NCBI GenBank assembly: GCA_963789395.1
Contig: CAWBKP010000004.1
Span: 64,001 to 128,000, forward strand
Direction: 5' to 3'
Length of the DNA: 64,000 bases
Origin: an uncultured delta proteobacterium
GTDB taxonomy: Bacteria; Desulfobacterota; Desulfobacteria; Desulfobacterales; Desulfatirhabdiaceae
How positions within the stretch are numbered: position 1 is the first letter of the stretch; each line of letters starts with the position of its first letter. This document shows positions 47,192-57,283 of this stretch, in pieces. Below the pieces are notes generated by a model. It was not told where the DNA came from. It worked only from the letters and a program-made list of their open reading frames with translations, and made no database searches. The position numbers and the translations under genes were made by a program.

Positions 47192-47502
47192 ATTTGGCGA
47201 TGTTGTACTGGTAGGCTTTCCTCACACTGATTTGCGGAATCTATCAAAAAGACCTGCATTCGTAATTTTTGATGCAGATGATCTGGATATTCTTGTCGCA
47301 AGGATAACCACTCAGGAATATAATACCGAGGCTGATTATAAAATCGTTGATTGGAAACGGAGCGGCCTATTTGCTGAATCATTCGTCAGGCTCAGCAAAC
47401 AGGCAACTATTGAAAAGATCTATAATCAGGAGATTGGGAACATTGTCTGAATCTGAACAAGAAAATATAAAATCTGTATTGAGAGAAATCTTCAATTTGT
47501 AA
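47178..47502 (+). CDS. MazF/PemK-like toxin (frameshift near 47420)
   Basis: GDVVLVGFPHTD...KRPAFVI, VARITT, SGL..ESFVRLSK. Confidence 0.8.
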
Positions 47503-47509
47503 GTTTTTT

Positions 47510-47660
47510 TCCCATAGCCCCTCGCCACTTCACCCCTCCCGCTTTTACCCTCTCACCGCTCTCCCGCCCTCACGGCTTTTAAGCCCTCCCGCCCTTACCC
47601 TTTCACGCCCTCCCGCCCTCACGCCCTCACGTCTTTACCCCTCCCGCGTTCACCCCCTTA
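47510..47660 (+). repeat. Longest octamer spacer tract
   Basis: More than a dozen degenerate CCCTC(A/C)CG units. Confidence 0.9.
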
Positions 47661-47668
47661 TCCAATAA

Positions 47669-47697
47669 TTGACAATCGCATATGAAGTCACTATACT
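47669..47697 (+). promoter_or_regulatory. Sigma70 promoter
   Basis: TTGACA-17 nt-TATACT immediately after the repeat tract. Confidence 0.8.
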
Positions 47698-47724
47698 CCG
47701 GTAAAAAAGTAAAGAGGTAAAACC

Positions 47725-48000
47725 ATGCGAATCAGCAGCAAACGACAGATATCCATTCCCAAGCATGTGATGACTGCCATGAATCTGGAACCTGGCGACG
47801 AAATCGATATCCGGGTTGAAAACGGTGCCGCCTATATTATACCCATTACCACGATCAAGGTGCCCAGGGATCAGGCGTGGTTCTGGACAAAAGAATGGCA
47901 GGAAAAAGAAAAGGAAGCCGATGCCGACATCACCGAAGGAAATGTCCGTGATTTTGAAAGTATAGAAGCACTTATGAAAGATCTGCACGATGATCATTAG
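47725..48000 (+). CDS. AbrB/MazE-fold antitoxin
   Basis: ISSKRQISIPK, DQAWFWTKEWQEKE. Confidence 0.88.
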   Translation: MRISSKRQISIPKHVMTAMNLEPGDEIDIRVENGAAYIIPITTIKVPRDQAWFWTKEWQEKEKEADADITEGNVRDFESIEALMKDLHDDH

Positions 48001-48248
48001 ACGGACAAACGCCTTTTTAAAGGATTACAGGGGACTGCCATCCAAAATCCGGGATCGTGTCGATAAACAGTTGTATTTGTTGGTTGAGAATTTTCGCCAT
48101 CCTTCCCTGAGGCTGAAAAAATTGTCAGGGACGGATAAAATTGAAATCCGTATCAGCAAGGGGTACCGCCTGACCTTGCGTATTGAAAAAAACGCGGATC
48201 GAACTGCGACGTGTCGGCACACACGACATTCTGAAAGACGAGGGATAA
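47990..48248 (+). CDS. RelE-family toxin (frameshift near 48195)
   Basis: FLKDYRGLP, HPSLRLKKL, then ELRRVGTHDIL in another frame. Confidence 0.8.
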
Positions 48249-48280
48249 GGATCAAAACAAAGGAATTGTCAAAAGGCTTT

Positions 48281-48345
48281 TCCCATACCCTTCGCCCCTC
48301 GCCCTCCCGCCCTCACGTCTTTACCCCTTACCCCCCTCCCGCAAC
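48281..48345 (+). repeat. Heptamer/octamer spacer before a TTGACA promoter
   Basis: CCCATAC CCTTCG CCCCTCG CCCTCCCG CCCTCACG; TTGACA-17-TACATT at 48359. Confidence 0.8.
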
Positions 48346-48422
48346 AAAAAAGAACTATTTGACATCCGAACCCGATAGATATACATTTTAAACATGTATA
48401 TCCAAACCCCTGGAGGACATCC

Positions 48423-48656
48423 ATGCAAATTTCAAAATGGGGCAACAGCCTGGCTGTGCGTTTGCCCGCTGTCGTGGTGGAGGCGATGGGTCTCAAGGAA
48501 GGCGATCATATCGAAATTCATGCTGTCGGCTCCCGCATTTTTCAGATCGATAAGATCCCGGATAACCTGGCGGTTCTATCACGTCTGAGAAAATACCGCG
48601 GCCGTCTGCCCAAAGATTTCAAGTTTGACAGGATGGAGGCGCATGAACGCGGATAA
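48423..48656 (+). CDS. vapB: VapB (AbrB/MazE fold) antitoxin
   Basis: SKWGNSLAVRLP, FKFDRMEAHER. Confidence 0.88.
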   Translation: MQISKWGNSLAVRLPAVVVEAMGLKEGDHIEIHAVGSRIFQIDKIPDNLAVLSRLRKYRGRLPKDFKFDRMEAHERG

Positions 48657-49077
48657 GATTTTTTTCGACACAAACATCCTGCTGTATCTTTTTTCGCAGG
48701 ATGACGCCAAAGCCGAACGGGCGGAAGCGCTGCTGGCAGACGGTGGATTGATCAGCGTTCAGGTGCTCAATGAACTGGCTTCCGTGGCTATGCTGAGGCT
48801 CAAGATGTCGTGGGGCGAAACCCGCGAAGTCCTTTCTTTGATACGCACACTTTGCAAGGTTGAGTCCGTTACACTGGCAACACATGAACAGGGGATTTTT
48901 CTTGCCGAACGCTACGGGTTTTCCATTTATGACGCCATGATTACGGCATCGGCACTTCTTTCCGGTTGCCGTACCCTGTATACCGAAGACCTTCAGAACG
49001 GCCAGAGGATCGAAAAAAGTCTTATGATCTGCAACCCGTTTGTTTGGCCACCGGATTGCCAAAGAAATTCTAAATGA
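48643..49077 (+). CDS. vapC: VapC PIN toxin
   Basis: FFDTNILLY, SVQVLNE, YDAMITASA, LYTEDLQ. Confidence 0.9.
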   Translation: MNADKIFFDTNILLYLFSQDDAKAERAEALLADGGLISVQVLNELASVAMLRLKMSWGETREVLSLIRTLCKVESVTLATHEQGIFLAERYGFSIYDAMITASALLSGCRTLYTEDLQNGQRIEKSLMICNPFVWPPDCQRNSK

Positions 49078-49079
49078 CC

Positions 49080-49401
49080 TCATTGCATATGCAGTTCACC
49101 GCCGGCATTGACCGTGTTCATGCGATACTGGGGAATCTTTTTCAGAGTATCGCCCATTTCCTGTTCCGCAATCCGCAGCTCATAATTCTTTTGCAGGTTC
49201 ATCCAAATATCCGGGTCCGGTTCCGAACCACTTGCCCAGGCGCAGAGCCGTATCGCCGGTAATGCCGCGCTTTCCGGCAATAATCTGCGTGAGCCGGTTC
49301 GTCGGTACGCCCAGTTCTTTCGCAAGAGTGTTTGCGCTCATGCCGAGAGCTTTCAGCTCGTCGGCCAGGTGTTCCCCAGGATGAATGATAAGTCGCGCCA
49401 T
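49080..49401 (-). CDS. higA: HigA antitoxin (frameshift near 49215)
   Basis: IHPGEHL, RGITGDTALRL, then WMNLQKNYEL in another frame. Confidence 0.88.
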
Positions 49402-49412
49402 AGTTTTACCTC

Positions 49413-49694
49413 CTAGTGATAATCCGCAATTTCCACGTTAAGTGCGCCTGGTGATCCATCCGGCCATTCAAAACAAATCCGCCATTGATCGTTGATGCGA
49501 ATACTGTATTGGCCTTTACGATCCCCCTTGAGTGCTTCGAGGTGGTTTCCAGGTGTATTTAACGCCATCAGTCGGTCGGCAGCGTGGAGCCTATCCAATC
49601 GCAGGATTGCAGCCCGCTCGATCCCCTGAAACGCCTTTACCCTTTCGCCGTCGAAAAACACCCGCGTCCGTTTGTCGCGGAAACTTATAATCAT
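49413..49694 (-). CDS. higB: HigB toxin
   Basis: PGNHLEALKGDRKGQYSIRINDQWRICF, EIADYH. Confidence 0.92.
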   Translation of the reverse strand: MIISFRDKRTRVFFDGERVKAFQGIERAAILRLDRLHAADRLMALNTPGNHLEALKGDRKGQYSIRINDQWRICFEWPDGSPGALNVEIADYH

Positions 49695-49791
49695 GTTCTA
49701 CCCTACATTGTTATACGCTGTACGTCAAGCGTCATGACTTTGCTGGAAGTTTTTGTTCTTGTCAATAATTTTGATGCATATTTCTGGGCAA

Positions 49792-50334
49792 ATCGGCACT
49801 TCTTTCCGGTTGCCGTACCCTGTATACCGAAGACCTTCAGAACGGCCAGAGGATCGAAAAAAGTCTTATGATCTGCAACCCGTTTGTTTTGCGGGGGTCC
49901 CCAAATACTGGACAATGTGCGAAGCTCCGGGCCATAACCTGAAAAGGATGCTGTCTATGACAGCCTATAATTTTGGCGATGTTGTACTGATTAGCTTTCA
50001 TCCGGTTGTCCCTTCTGACCCCGGAGGAAGTCGGGATATCCAGTATTGTTGCTGCTGAGCTCTGGTTCGGTGTTGCCAATTCACAGAAGAAAAAAAGAAT
50101 GAATCCGCCTTGAAAGATTTTCTGGAATTTGTCACCCTGCTGGATTGGCCTTGCGAGGCATCTCCTCTTTATGGACAGATTCGTGCACAGCTTCAGAAAC
50201 AGGGAACGTCGATCGGTGCCATGGATCTTCTCATTGCTTCACATGCCCTGTTCATCGATTCGGTACTCGTGACAAACAACACCAGAGAATTTGAACGGGT
50301 ACCTGATCTGAGAATTGAAAACTGGCTTTTCTGA
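49792..50334 (+). pseudogene. Mosaic of vapC (48947-49046 copy), mazF-like start and VapC fragment (copy of 45690-46130)
   Basis: Direct sequence matches to the three source loci. Confidence 0.85.
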
Positions 50335-50443
50335 TTTCCCATAGCCCATAGCCTATCGCCCCTCTCCTATTTTTCCCCATAGCCTCGCCGCTCAGGGCAA
50401 AAACAGGCTTGACACCGGGGAGCAGGGGATTTAAAGCAGTGGT
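50335..50443 (+). repeat. Heptamer spacer CCCATAG plus a 65-bp block repeated at 53135-53199
   Basis: CCCATAG CCCATAG CCTATCG; CATAGCCTCGCCGCTCAGGGCAAAAACAGGCTTGACAC... Confidence 0.85.
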
Positions 50444-50470
50444 GAAACCTACTTATTGAGGCAGCGTAGA

Positions 50471-50749
50471 TCAGGCGGATTCGCGCAACAGGATATCGTG
50501 AGTTCCGATTGCGCGGAAAACAATTGTATCGCCATCAAAATTAAACGTAAATCGGTACTTCATTGTAACCGAACCTTCCCAACAACCGCGAGAGCCCTGG
50601 ATTTTCTTGACTCTGAGAGATGGGTGGAGAATATCTGCGAGAAATAACTTGAACTTTTCATCAAAAGCTTGACGAATTTCGAGGGGCAATGCATTGTATT
50701 GTTTTTTAAATCGCTTGCTGAATCGGTAAGCGTCTACTCTTTTAGCCAC
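50471..50749 (-). CDS. RelE-family toxin
   Basis: FKKQYNALP, HPSLRVKKIQG, YRFTF, IGTHDIL. Confidence 0.85.
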   Translation of the reverse strand: MAKRVDAYRFSKRFKKQYNALPLEIRQAFDEKFKLFLADILHPSLRVKKIQGSRGCWEGSVTMKYRFTFNFDGDTIVFRAIGTHDILLRESA

Positions 50750-51012
50750 TTCAGACCTTCTTCGGCAGTGTGAAAAGTCGGTGAAAGCTGATCGTTGTTA
50801 ATCTCTTCATCCACATCTGTTTCGGCCTTCTGCCATTCTTTTGTCCAGTACCATCCCTGTGACGGATCAATGAGCTTGCGGGGTTTTAAAACTGCATGGC
50901 CGCTTTCGACAACCATTTCAATATAGTCTCCGGGAACGATCTTAAGCGATTCAAGCACTTTTTTGGGTATCCGGATTTGCCCCTGGGGGCTGATTTTCAT
51001 AACGGTTGACAT
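50734..51012 (-). CDS. AbrB/MazE-fold antitoxin
   Basis: KISPQGQIRIPK, SQGWYWTKEWQKAE. Confidence 0.88.
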   Translation of the reverse strand: MSTVMKISPQGQIRIPKKVLESLKIVPGDYIEMVVESGHAVLKPRKLIDPSQGWYWTKEWQKAETDVDEEINNDQLSPTFHTAEEGLKWLKE

Positions 51013-51142
51013 CTCGCGCTCCTGTAAAAAATAAATTTTTAAAGAAAGTAACAATATTAGGCTTTTAAGTCAACGATGAAAGCGGGTAAAATAGGAAAGG
51101 GGCGTGAGATGGAAAAATTAATTGAAAAATTAAAAATTCTAA

Positions 51143-51668
51143 ACTGATAATGGGAATTTCGCAGAAGCAGCCCATATCGAGGAGATCTTTGTCGCCGCTC
51201 ACAATAGCATCCACCCCTGCGGTAACGGCACTGGAAAGAAAAATGTCATCACCGGCACGACGTCGCCGCTTTTCCACGTGACGACAAGGCGATTCAGCTT
51301 GCCGCCAAACAGGAGCGCCGAGACAAGCACGTTTGTGTCCAGAACAATGCGGATCACTCGGGGTTCTGTTGTCTTGACCATCGAATGGCCTCCACCACGT
51401 CCTCCTCGACAACGCCAAGCTTTTCCATCTTTTAACGGATCCCCGCCAGATCAGCGGCGATGGGCCGAACTCGAACAGGTTCGAGAATGATCCGGCCATC
51501 TTTAACGATGGCATCGAAGTATTCTATCCCCTTGAATACCTTCATTACCTCTCGCGGCAGCGTGATCTGGTTTTTGGTCGTTAATTTTGCAAGCATTCTT
51601 TTTCTCCTTACAATAAGAATATCGTTTTTCATTATTGTGTCAAGAGTAAAAATCTTCATTTATCTGCC
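51143..51668 (-). pseudogene. Second, degraded copy of the AbrB-PIN module
   Basis: Near-identical to 42020-42672 with an internal deletion of about 160 bp in PIN and a stop/frameshift in AbrB. Confidence 0.88.
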
Positions 51669-51805
51669 CTGCGAGACCTGCCGCAATGCCCGAAGCCCTT
51701 AGCCTATTTTTCCCCTCCCGCTCTCACGTTTATCTTGACACTTTTTTCAATTGGGGTAATAACTAAGGTCCTGATCCCCCCTGAAACACAGGTAAAGCAT
51801 TGGCG

Positions 51806-52096
51806 ATGACTGAAAAAGATATATTGGACATCTTGCGGAAGGAAAAACGATATCTTCAGGAGAATTTTGGACTGCTGTCGATCGGATTGTTTGGCTCCTA
51901 TTCCAAAGGCAAGCAGGGACCTGATAGTGATATCGACCTTCTTGTAGAATTGTCTGAACCACGCTTTGATTTTCTTGCAAGTATACAGATATACCTGCAA
52001 GACAGAATAGGGAAACGTGTCGAGGTTATCCGAAAGAGAAAAAATTTACGTGATCAATTTTTGAGCCGGATTGAAAAAAGCATACATTATGTTTGA
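51806..52096 (+). CDS. Minimal nucleotidyltransferase antitoxin, second copy
   Basis: Differs from the 45213 copy at two residues. Confidence 0.88.
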   Translation: MTEKDILDILRKEKRYLQENFGLLSIGLFGSYSKGKQGPDSDIDLLVELSEPRFDFLASIQIYLQDRIGKRVEVIRKRKNLRDQFLSRIEKSIHYV

Positions 52097-52642
52097 AGAT
52101 GAAATAATGGATACCTTGGATCTGATGGTGGAATCTATAAACCTGGTAGGAAACGATTTTCAAAAATTCTGGAAGCCGCCGATTTTGTTGCTTCAACGGA
52201 AGGAGTTACCCTGCTCGATGCAATTTCAATGAGGCTGCAAGTCAGCGGATAAGATTTTTTCGACACAAACATCCTGCTGTATCTTTTTTCGCAGGATGAC
52301 GCCAAAGCCGAACGGGCAGAAGCGCTGCTGGCAGACGGTGGATTGATAAGCGTTCAGGTGCTCAATGAACTGGCTTCCGTGGTCATGCGGAAGCTCAAGA
52401 TGTCGTGGGTCGAAACCCGCGAAGTCCTTTCTTTGATACGCACACTTTGCAAGGTTGAGCCCGTTACACTGGCAACACATGAACAGGGGATTTTTCTTGC
52501 CGAACGCTACGGTTTTTCCATTTATGACGCCATGATTACGGCATCGGCACTTCTTTCCGGTTGCCGTACCCTGTATACCGAAGACCTTCAGAACGGCCAG
52601 AGGATCGAAAAAAATCTTATGACCTGCAACCCGTTTGTTTAG
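52089..52642 (+). pseudogene. HepT 5' fragment joined to a start-less copy of vapC (48648-49075)
   Basis: MFEDEIMDTL...LDAISMRLQ then GCGGATAAGATTTTT junction into the PIN gene. Confidence 0.8.
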
Positions 52643-52708
52643 CCACTGGATTGCCAAAGAAATTCTAAAATAAGATCCGTATTTCCAGCAAAGCGTGTGT
52701 GTTTGATG

Positions 52709-53000
52709 TCAGGGCGGAACCATCCGTTCCGGAGGAGACATCGATATCGGGGTGTTTTTTTGCATGAAACCTTCTCTGGACGAATTAACCTGTCTCCGGA
52801 GCTGCCTGCAACAGGTATTGGCATTTGATGAAATCGATCTGGTCGTACTGAATGATGCATCCCCAATCCTGCGCTTTGAAGCCGCCTCCGGCCGGCCGGT
52901 GTATGTGAATGATTTGGAACGCCGGGATGCATTTGTCTCGCTGACAGCACGCGAATATGAAGATGAAATGGCACAATGGCGCATGGCCCTATCGGCATGA
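52709..53000 (+). pseudogene. MntA 5'-truncated third copy
   Basis: Matches 43997-44289 and 60045-60334. Confidence 0.85.
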
Positions 53001-53051
53001 GAAAGTGGGCGGGCCTGTTGTTATCGCCCCTCGCCCTTAGCCTGTGCAAGG

Positions 53052-53131
53052 GTGCATCCACTCAAGAGATTGCCGGATGCGCCCTTTGCTGACGTATGCC
53101 TGCGTCTGAATCAAATAATCCAGCTAACATA
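53052..53131 (+). pseudogene. mazF 3' fragment
   Basis: HPLKRLPD..FADVC.RLNQIIQL, diverged copy of 43343-43415. Confidence 0.75.
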
Positions 53132-53328
53132 GACATAGCCTCGCCGCTCAGGGCAAAAACAGGCTTGACACTGGGGAGCAGGGAATTTAAAGCAGTGGTA
53201 AATGAGAATTTCTAAGGCGGTAAAAAATAATCTGTAAGCTAAAAGTCAGTTACGCAAGCACAAAAAAAGTGATAATATGATTTTTCAGGATAGCCCATCC
53301 GCCTAGTAGAAAAATTAAAGGGAATACA

Positions 53329-53829
53329 ATGCTTAGACGCGCTCAAATAAAAAAATATCTCGAAGAGATTAACCAGACAATGAAGGATATGGGCGTAACC
53401 GGAGAGATTTGTATTTATGGCGAGGCCGTGATGTGCTTGGTTTTTAAATCGCGTCCAGCGACAATGGATATCGATGCAGTTTTTGAGCCGTCTAAAAAGA
53501 TCAGAGACGCTGCGTCTGCGATAGCTGAAGCAAACGGTCTAAAAAAAGATTGGCTGAACGATGGCGTTAAGGGCTTTGTCGTAAAGCATGGACAAAAGAT
53601 TTTGTTCAACTGGTCCAATTTGAAAATTTATTACCCGGAACCCGAATATATTCTGGCGATGAAGACGATGGCATCGAGGGTGGACACGACTGACAAGAAA
53701 GATATCCAATTCTTGATTAAAGCGCTTAACATAAAGTCTTCCGAAGAGGTATTTAAAATCATTGAAAAATATTATCGGAAGAAACAAATCAAACCGGCCA
53801 CCCAATATTTCATCATGGAGTTGTTCTAA
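53329..53829 (+). CDS. DUF6036-like nucleotidyltransferase (putative toxin)
   Basis: YGEAVM...SRPATMDIDA, DWLNDGVKGF, EYILAMK..ASR..DKKDI. Confidence 0.75.
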   Translation: MLRRAQIKKYLEEINQTMKDMGVTGEICIYGEAVMCLVFKSRPATMDIDAVFEPSKKIRDAASAIAEANGLKKDWLNDGVKGFVVKHGQKILFNWSNLKIYYPEPEYILAMKTMASRVDTTDKKDIQFLIKALNIKSSEEVFKIIEKYYRKKQIKPATQYFIMELF

Positions 53830-53926
53830 GATAACCCTCTGTGTCAATGAAGGTGATACACGAACCCCTTGAAAAATTAGTGTAGGGCGGGTAAGGAATA
53901 TCACATATGGAAAGGACACAGACCAT

Positions 53927-54414
53927 GAATACCCCAATGAATTTTAATAGAACTTTGATGGGAAGTACAGGAGCCCTTAGGGCGGATGTACTTCCCATCA
54001 AAGTTGCCCCTGCGGGAGCATCGGTGTCATTTAAACCGGATCCCGAAGTATAGCTCTGAATCAAAGCCACGAAGAAGATTTACAGCCGCCTATAAGCTGC
54101 GAATCCTTCAGAAGGCTGATGCCTGTACTGAGCCTGGGCAAATTGGCGCTTTGCTTCGAAAGGAAGGCATATATTCCTCCAACCTTACCACTTGGCGAAA
54201 GCAAAGGGAAAAAGGCATTTTGGACAGTTTGGCACCTAAAAAGCGAGGCAGAAAGCAGATGGAGAAAAATCCACTTTCTGACGCAGTTGCCAAACTGCAA
54301 AAGGAAAATCAGCGTCTCAAGGACAAACTCAACAAGGCCGAAATGATCATTGAGGTGCAAAAAAAAATTTCAGAGATCCTGGGCCTGTCCCCCCTGAACG
54401 AAGGAGACATATGA
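53927..54414 (+). CDS. IS3-family OrfA (5' frame disruption near 54050)
   Basis: PDPEV / RRRFTAAYKLRIL, IGALLRKEGIYSS, IIEVQKK. Confidence 0.8.
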
Positions 54415-55421
54415 TGAATACTGTCTCTGAGCTGGCAAATCATGTGGGTCTGAAATCTGCCTGTGAAACTCTGGATTTTCCGCGTGCTACCTTTTACCGA
54501 AACCGAAAAGGAGCGCCCTGTATTTCCATCAAACGGCCGGCTCCGCCGCTTTCTCTGAGCCAGGAGGAAAGAACATCCGTTCTGGATATCTTAAACAGTG
54601 AGCGCTTCCAGGATAAGTCTCCTTATGAAGTTTACCCTGCGCTTCTGGATGAAGGAACGCATCACTGCTCCATATCCACCATGTATCGGATTCTTGGGGC
54701 TCATGACCAGGTTAAAGAGCGCAGAAAACAGGTACAGCGCCCTGCATATACCAAACCGGAACTTCTGGCCACCGGCCCGAACCAGCTGTGGTCATGGGAT
54801 ATAACAAAACTGAAAAGTGTTTCCAAATGGACCTACTTTTATCTCTATGTCATCATTGATGTTTTCAGCCGCTACGTTGTGGGATGGCTGGTTGCTCACC
54901 GCGAGCAGAAATCCTTGGCATCAAAGCTGATTGAAGAAAGCTGCATCAAGCAAAACATTTCCCCGGGACAATTAACCGTGCATGCCGACAGGGGCTCGAG
55001 CATGAAATCAAAAGAAGTTGCGCAGCTTCTTTGTGATCTGGGTGTTGTAAAAAGCCACAGCAGGCCACATGTCAGCAATGACAACCCTTTTTCCGAAGCC
55101 CAGTTCAAAACCCTCAAGTATTGCCCGGAATTCCCCGGCACCTTTGGCTCTATCGAAGATGCCAGGGCTTTTTGTAAGGACTTTTTCACCTGGTATAACA
55201 CCTGCCATTACCATACGGGTATCGGTATGATGATACCGGAGCATCTTCACTACGGAACAGCGGATGCTATCTTTCAAAATCGATCCGATACCCTTTTGAC
55301 GGCCTTTAATCAGCATCCGGAAAGATTCAAAAACAAATTGCCCAAACCGCCTGCATTGCCGGAGGCCGTATGGATCAATAACCCACAAAAAGCTGTAAAC
55401 AGACTGATCCGATTAGAGTAA
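54411..55421 (+). CDS. IS3-family OrfB DDE transposase
   Basis: PNQLWSWDITK, IIDVFSRY, HADRGSSM, SRPHVSNDNPFSE. Confidence 0.92.
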   Translation: MMNTVSELANHVGLKSACETLDFPRATFYRNRKGAPCISIKRPAPPLSLSQEERTSVLDILNSERFQDKSPYEVYPALLDEGTHHCSISTMYRILGAHDQVKERRKQVQRPAYTKPELLATGPNQLWSWDITKLKSVSKWTYFYLYVIIDVFSRYVVGWLVAHREQKSLASKLIEESCIKQNISPGQLTVHADRGSSMKSKEVAQLLCDLGVVKSHSRPHVSNDNPFSEAQFKTLKYCPEFPGTFGSIEDARAFCKDFFTWYNTCHYHTGIGMMIPEHLHYGTADAIFQNRSDTLLTAFNQHPERFKNKLPKPPALPEAVWINNPQKAVNRLIRLE

Positions 55422-55486
55422 TTTAACCAAATGCGTGTCTCATTTTCATTGACAATCCGCAAGACATTCGGCAGACGCAACTATCA

Positions 55487-55813
55487 ATGCTGGAAGATCC
55501 TGAAAACAAATGGATTTACCTCATGGACTTTGTGGATGACTTCAGATATTACAAGGACCTGTCGTCCATCAAAGATCCTGTATCTATGGGCAAAGACTCA
55601 GAGCTTGAGGCTTTACTGTCCTCTGTTGTTGAATATTTGTGCGATGAGATAGGTGCCACCCCCCCTGCGTGGTCATCTGATATTCCAGCCTGTAAAGAAC
55701 CCTATTTCGTGCATGGCATGGAGAACCTTAAAGCTATATCTATTGTGGAAAGCCCGCTACGGTTCCGGATTAGAAAAATATTTGTATTGGAGAACTTTCT
55801 GTCACGGGTATAA
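55487..55813 (+). CDS. Probable partner (antitoxin) of the DUF6036-like NTase, separated from it by the IS
   Basis: LMDFVDDFR, ALLSSVVEYLC..PPAW, ESPLRFRIRKIFV. Confidence 0.65.
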   Translation: MLEDPENKWIYLMDFVDDFRYYKDLSSIKDPVSMGKDSELEALLSSVVEYLCDEIGATPPAWSSDIPACKEPYFVHGMENLKAISIVESPLRFRIRKIFVLENFLSRV

Positions 55814-55932
55814 GATAAGATAGCACCACACAAATTCAAAGCACATAAGCCCTGTTTGGATCATTCCAGACAGGGCTTTTTTATGCACTCCGCAGCCTAG
55901 GGTTATCTGTTTGCCAGAACATTGTCGAATGT

Positions 55933-56046
55933 GCGGGGGCCCCCAAATACTGGACAACGAGCGAAGCTCCGGGCCATAACCTGAAAAGGATGCTGTCTAT
56001 GACAGCCTATAATTTTGGCGATGTTGTACTGATTAGCTTTCATCCG
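55933..56046 (+). repeat. Third copy of the 45690/49891 block
   Basis: CTGGACAA..GCGAAGCTCCGGGCCATAACCTGAAAAGGATGCTGTCTATGACAGCC. Confidence 0.88.
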
Positions 56047-56124
56047 CCTTACATTACCTCTTGCCTGAATCATAATTTTTTGATCATAATATCTGACAAA
56101 ATTAATTATTATTGAGGTAAAGAA

Positions 56125-56228
56125 ATGGAACCCCATAGAATTACTGATGAAATAAAAAGGTTAAGCCTTCCGCAAAGATTGATTCTTAGCTCAGGACATC
56201 TGGGATTCAATTGCTCTGGAAAGCGGCA
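56125..56228 (+). pseudogene. Addiction-module antitoxin fragment
   Basis: EIKRLSLPQRLIL then AQDIWDSIA in another frame. Confidence 0.65.
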
Positions 56229-56249
56229 AATTCGTGTCTATCACGAGTT

Positions 56250-56466
56250 TCATTTACGGTTCCGTGCCCGAGCAACGGCTTCATTGATGTCACTTCTTTT
56301 AAGCCCGGCAGATTTAGCCTGGCTTCGCGCTTTTGCAATGATCGCATCAAACTCGGTTATGGATGGGGGAGTTATTGCCTTGAGGATTACCACATCGTTG
56401 TCTCCGACAACGACAAACTGCATTCCGGAATGCAGTTTAAGCCGTTTTCGGATTTCCCCAGGGATG
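56250..56466 (-). pseudogene. AbrB-fold antitoxin, 5'-truncated at a repeat tract
   Basis: VIPGEIRKRLKL..G..FVVVGDNDVVILK. Confidence 0.75.
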
Positions 56467-56469
56467 ACA

Positions 56470-56578
56470 CCCATAGCCTGTTTTTATCCCATAGCCCATA
56501 GCCCCTGGCCCATAGCCTTTTTTATCCCATCGCCTGTTGTTATCGCCTATTACCTGTTTTTACGATATCTGATACAAA
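56470..56578 (+). repeat. Heptamer spacer plus promoter motif
   Basis: CCCATAG CCCATAG CCCCTGG CCCATAG; TTACCT-17-TACAAA. Confidence 0.85.
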
Positions 56579-56594
56579 TTAAATAATCCTGAAG

Positions 56595-56804
56595 TTGATG
56601 GTAATTCTTCCCTATGATGAACGCGCTGCCCGTTGGCACGCTCAAGAGCGGGCAAGATTAGCGGCACAGGGTTTAACAGCGCCTTTTGTAGATGGACAAA
56701 TTGCTGCCATTGCCAAAGTTAACAGTCTGATCCTCGTAACGCGAAATACATCGGATTATGAAAATTTCTCTGCTGTGAAGGTTCAGAATTGGCATATTCA
56801 ATAG
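56595..56804 (+). pseudogene. VapC C-terminal fragment
   Basis: ILPYDERAA, DGQIAAIA, LVTRNTSD, QNW. Confidence 0.8.
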
Positions 56805-57008
56805 ACCCGTTACTTGTCACTCGATCAATAGGACCGTTCCATCTTTGTTCCGGACAAGGAAATCAAGATCCATTTTGCCGATCAGGGATTGGTTCAGGGC
56901 GAAGTAGCCTCGGGAAAAATGAGAGAAACGCATAAAAGCATGGATGTCCCCACAGCACCCACAGCAAAGGAGCAACCCCCAGGGGACACAAATTTAATAG
57001 GATGCAAT

Positions 57009-57239
57009 GTGAACGACATCATTCCCATTGAAAACATAACTGACTTAATCTATCAGATTCGCGGGAAAAAGGTAATGCTGGATCGCGATCTGGCCCAATT
57101 TTACGGCGTCGAAACAAAGGTTTTCAAGCAAGCCGTTAGAAGAAATATCGAACGATTTACGGAAGATTTTATGTTCGAGCTCTCCAAATCTGAGTTTATA
57201 AATTGGAGGTCACAGTTTGTGACCTCCAGCCGTTTATGA
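57009..57239 (+). pseudogene. ORF6N-domain protein fragment
   Basis: [38 protein letters not shown]. Confidence 0.85.
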
Positions 57240-57283
57240 ACTTCAGTTCGGTAAAGATTTGAGTTTTGGGTTCGGGTTGATAA

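Larger units (their letters stand above)
53842..55454 (+). mobile_element. IS3-family insertion sequence
   Basis: Imperfect terminal IRs TGTCAATGAAGGTGATACACG / TGTCAATGAAAATGAGACACG; orfA plus DDE orfB; no target duplication seen. Confidence 0.88.
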
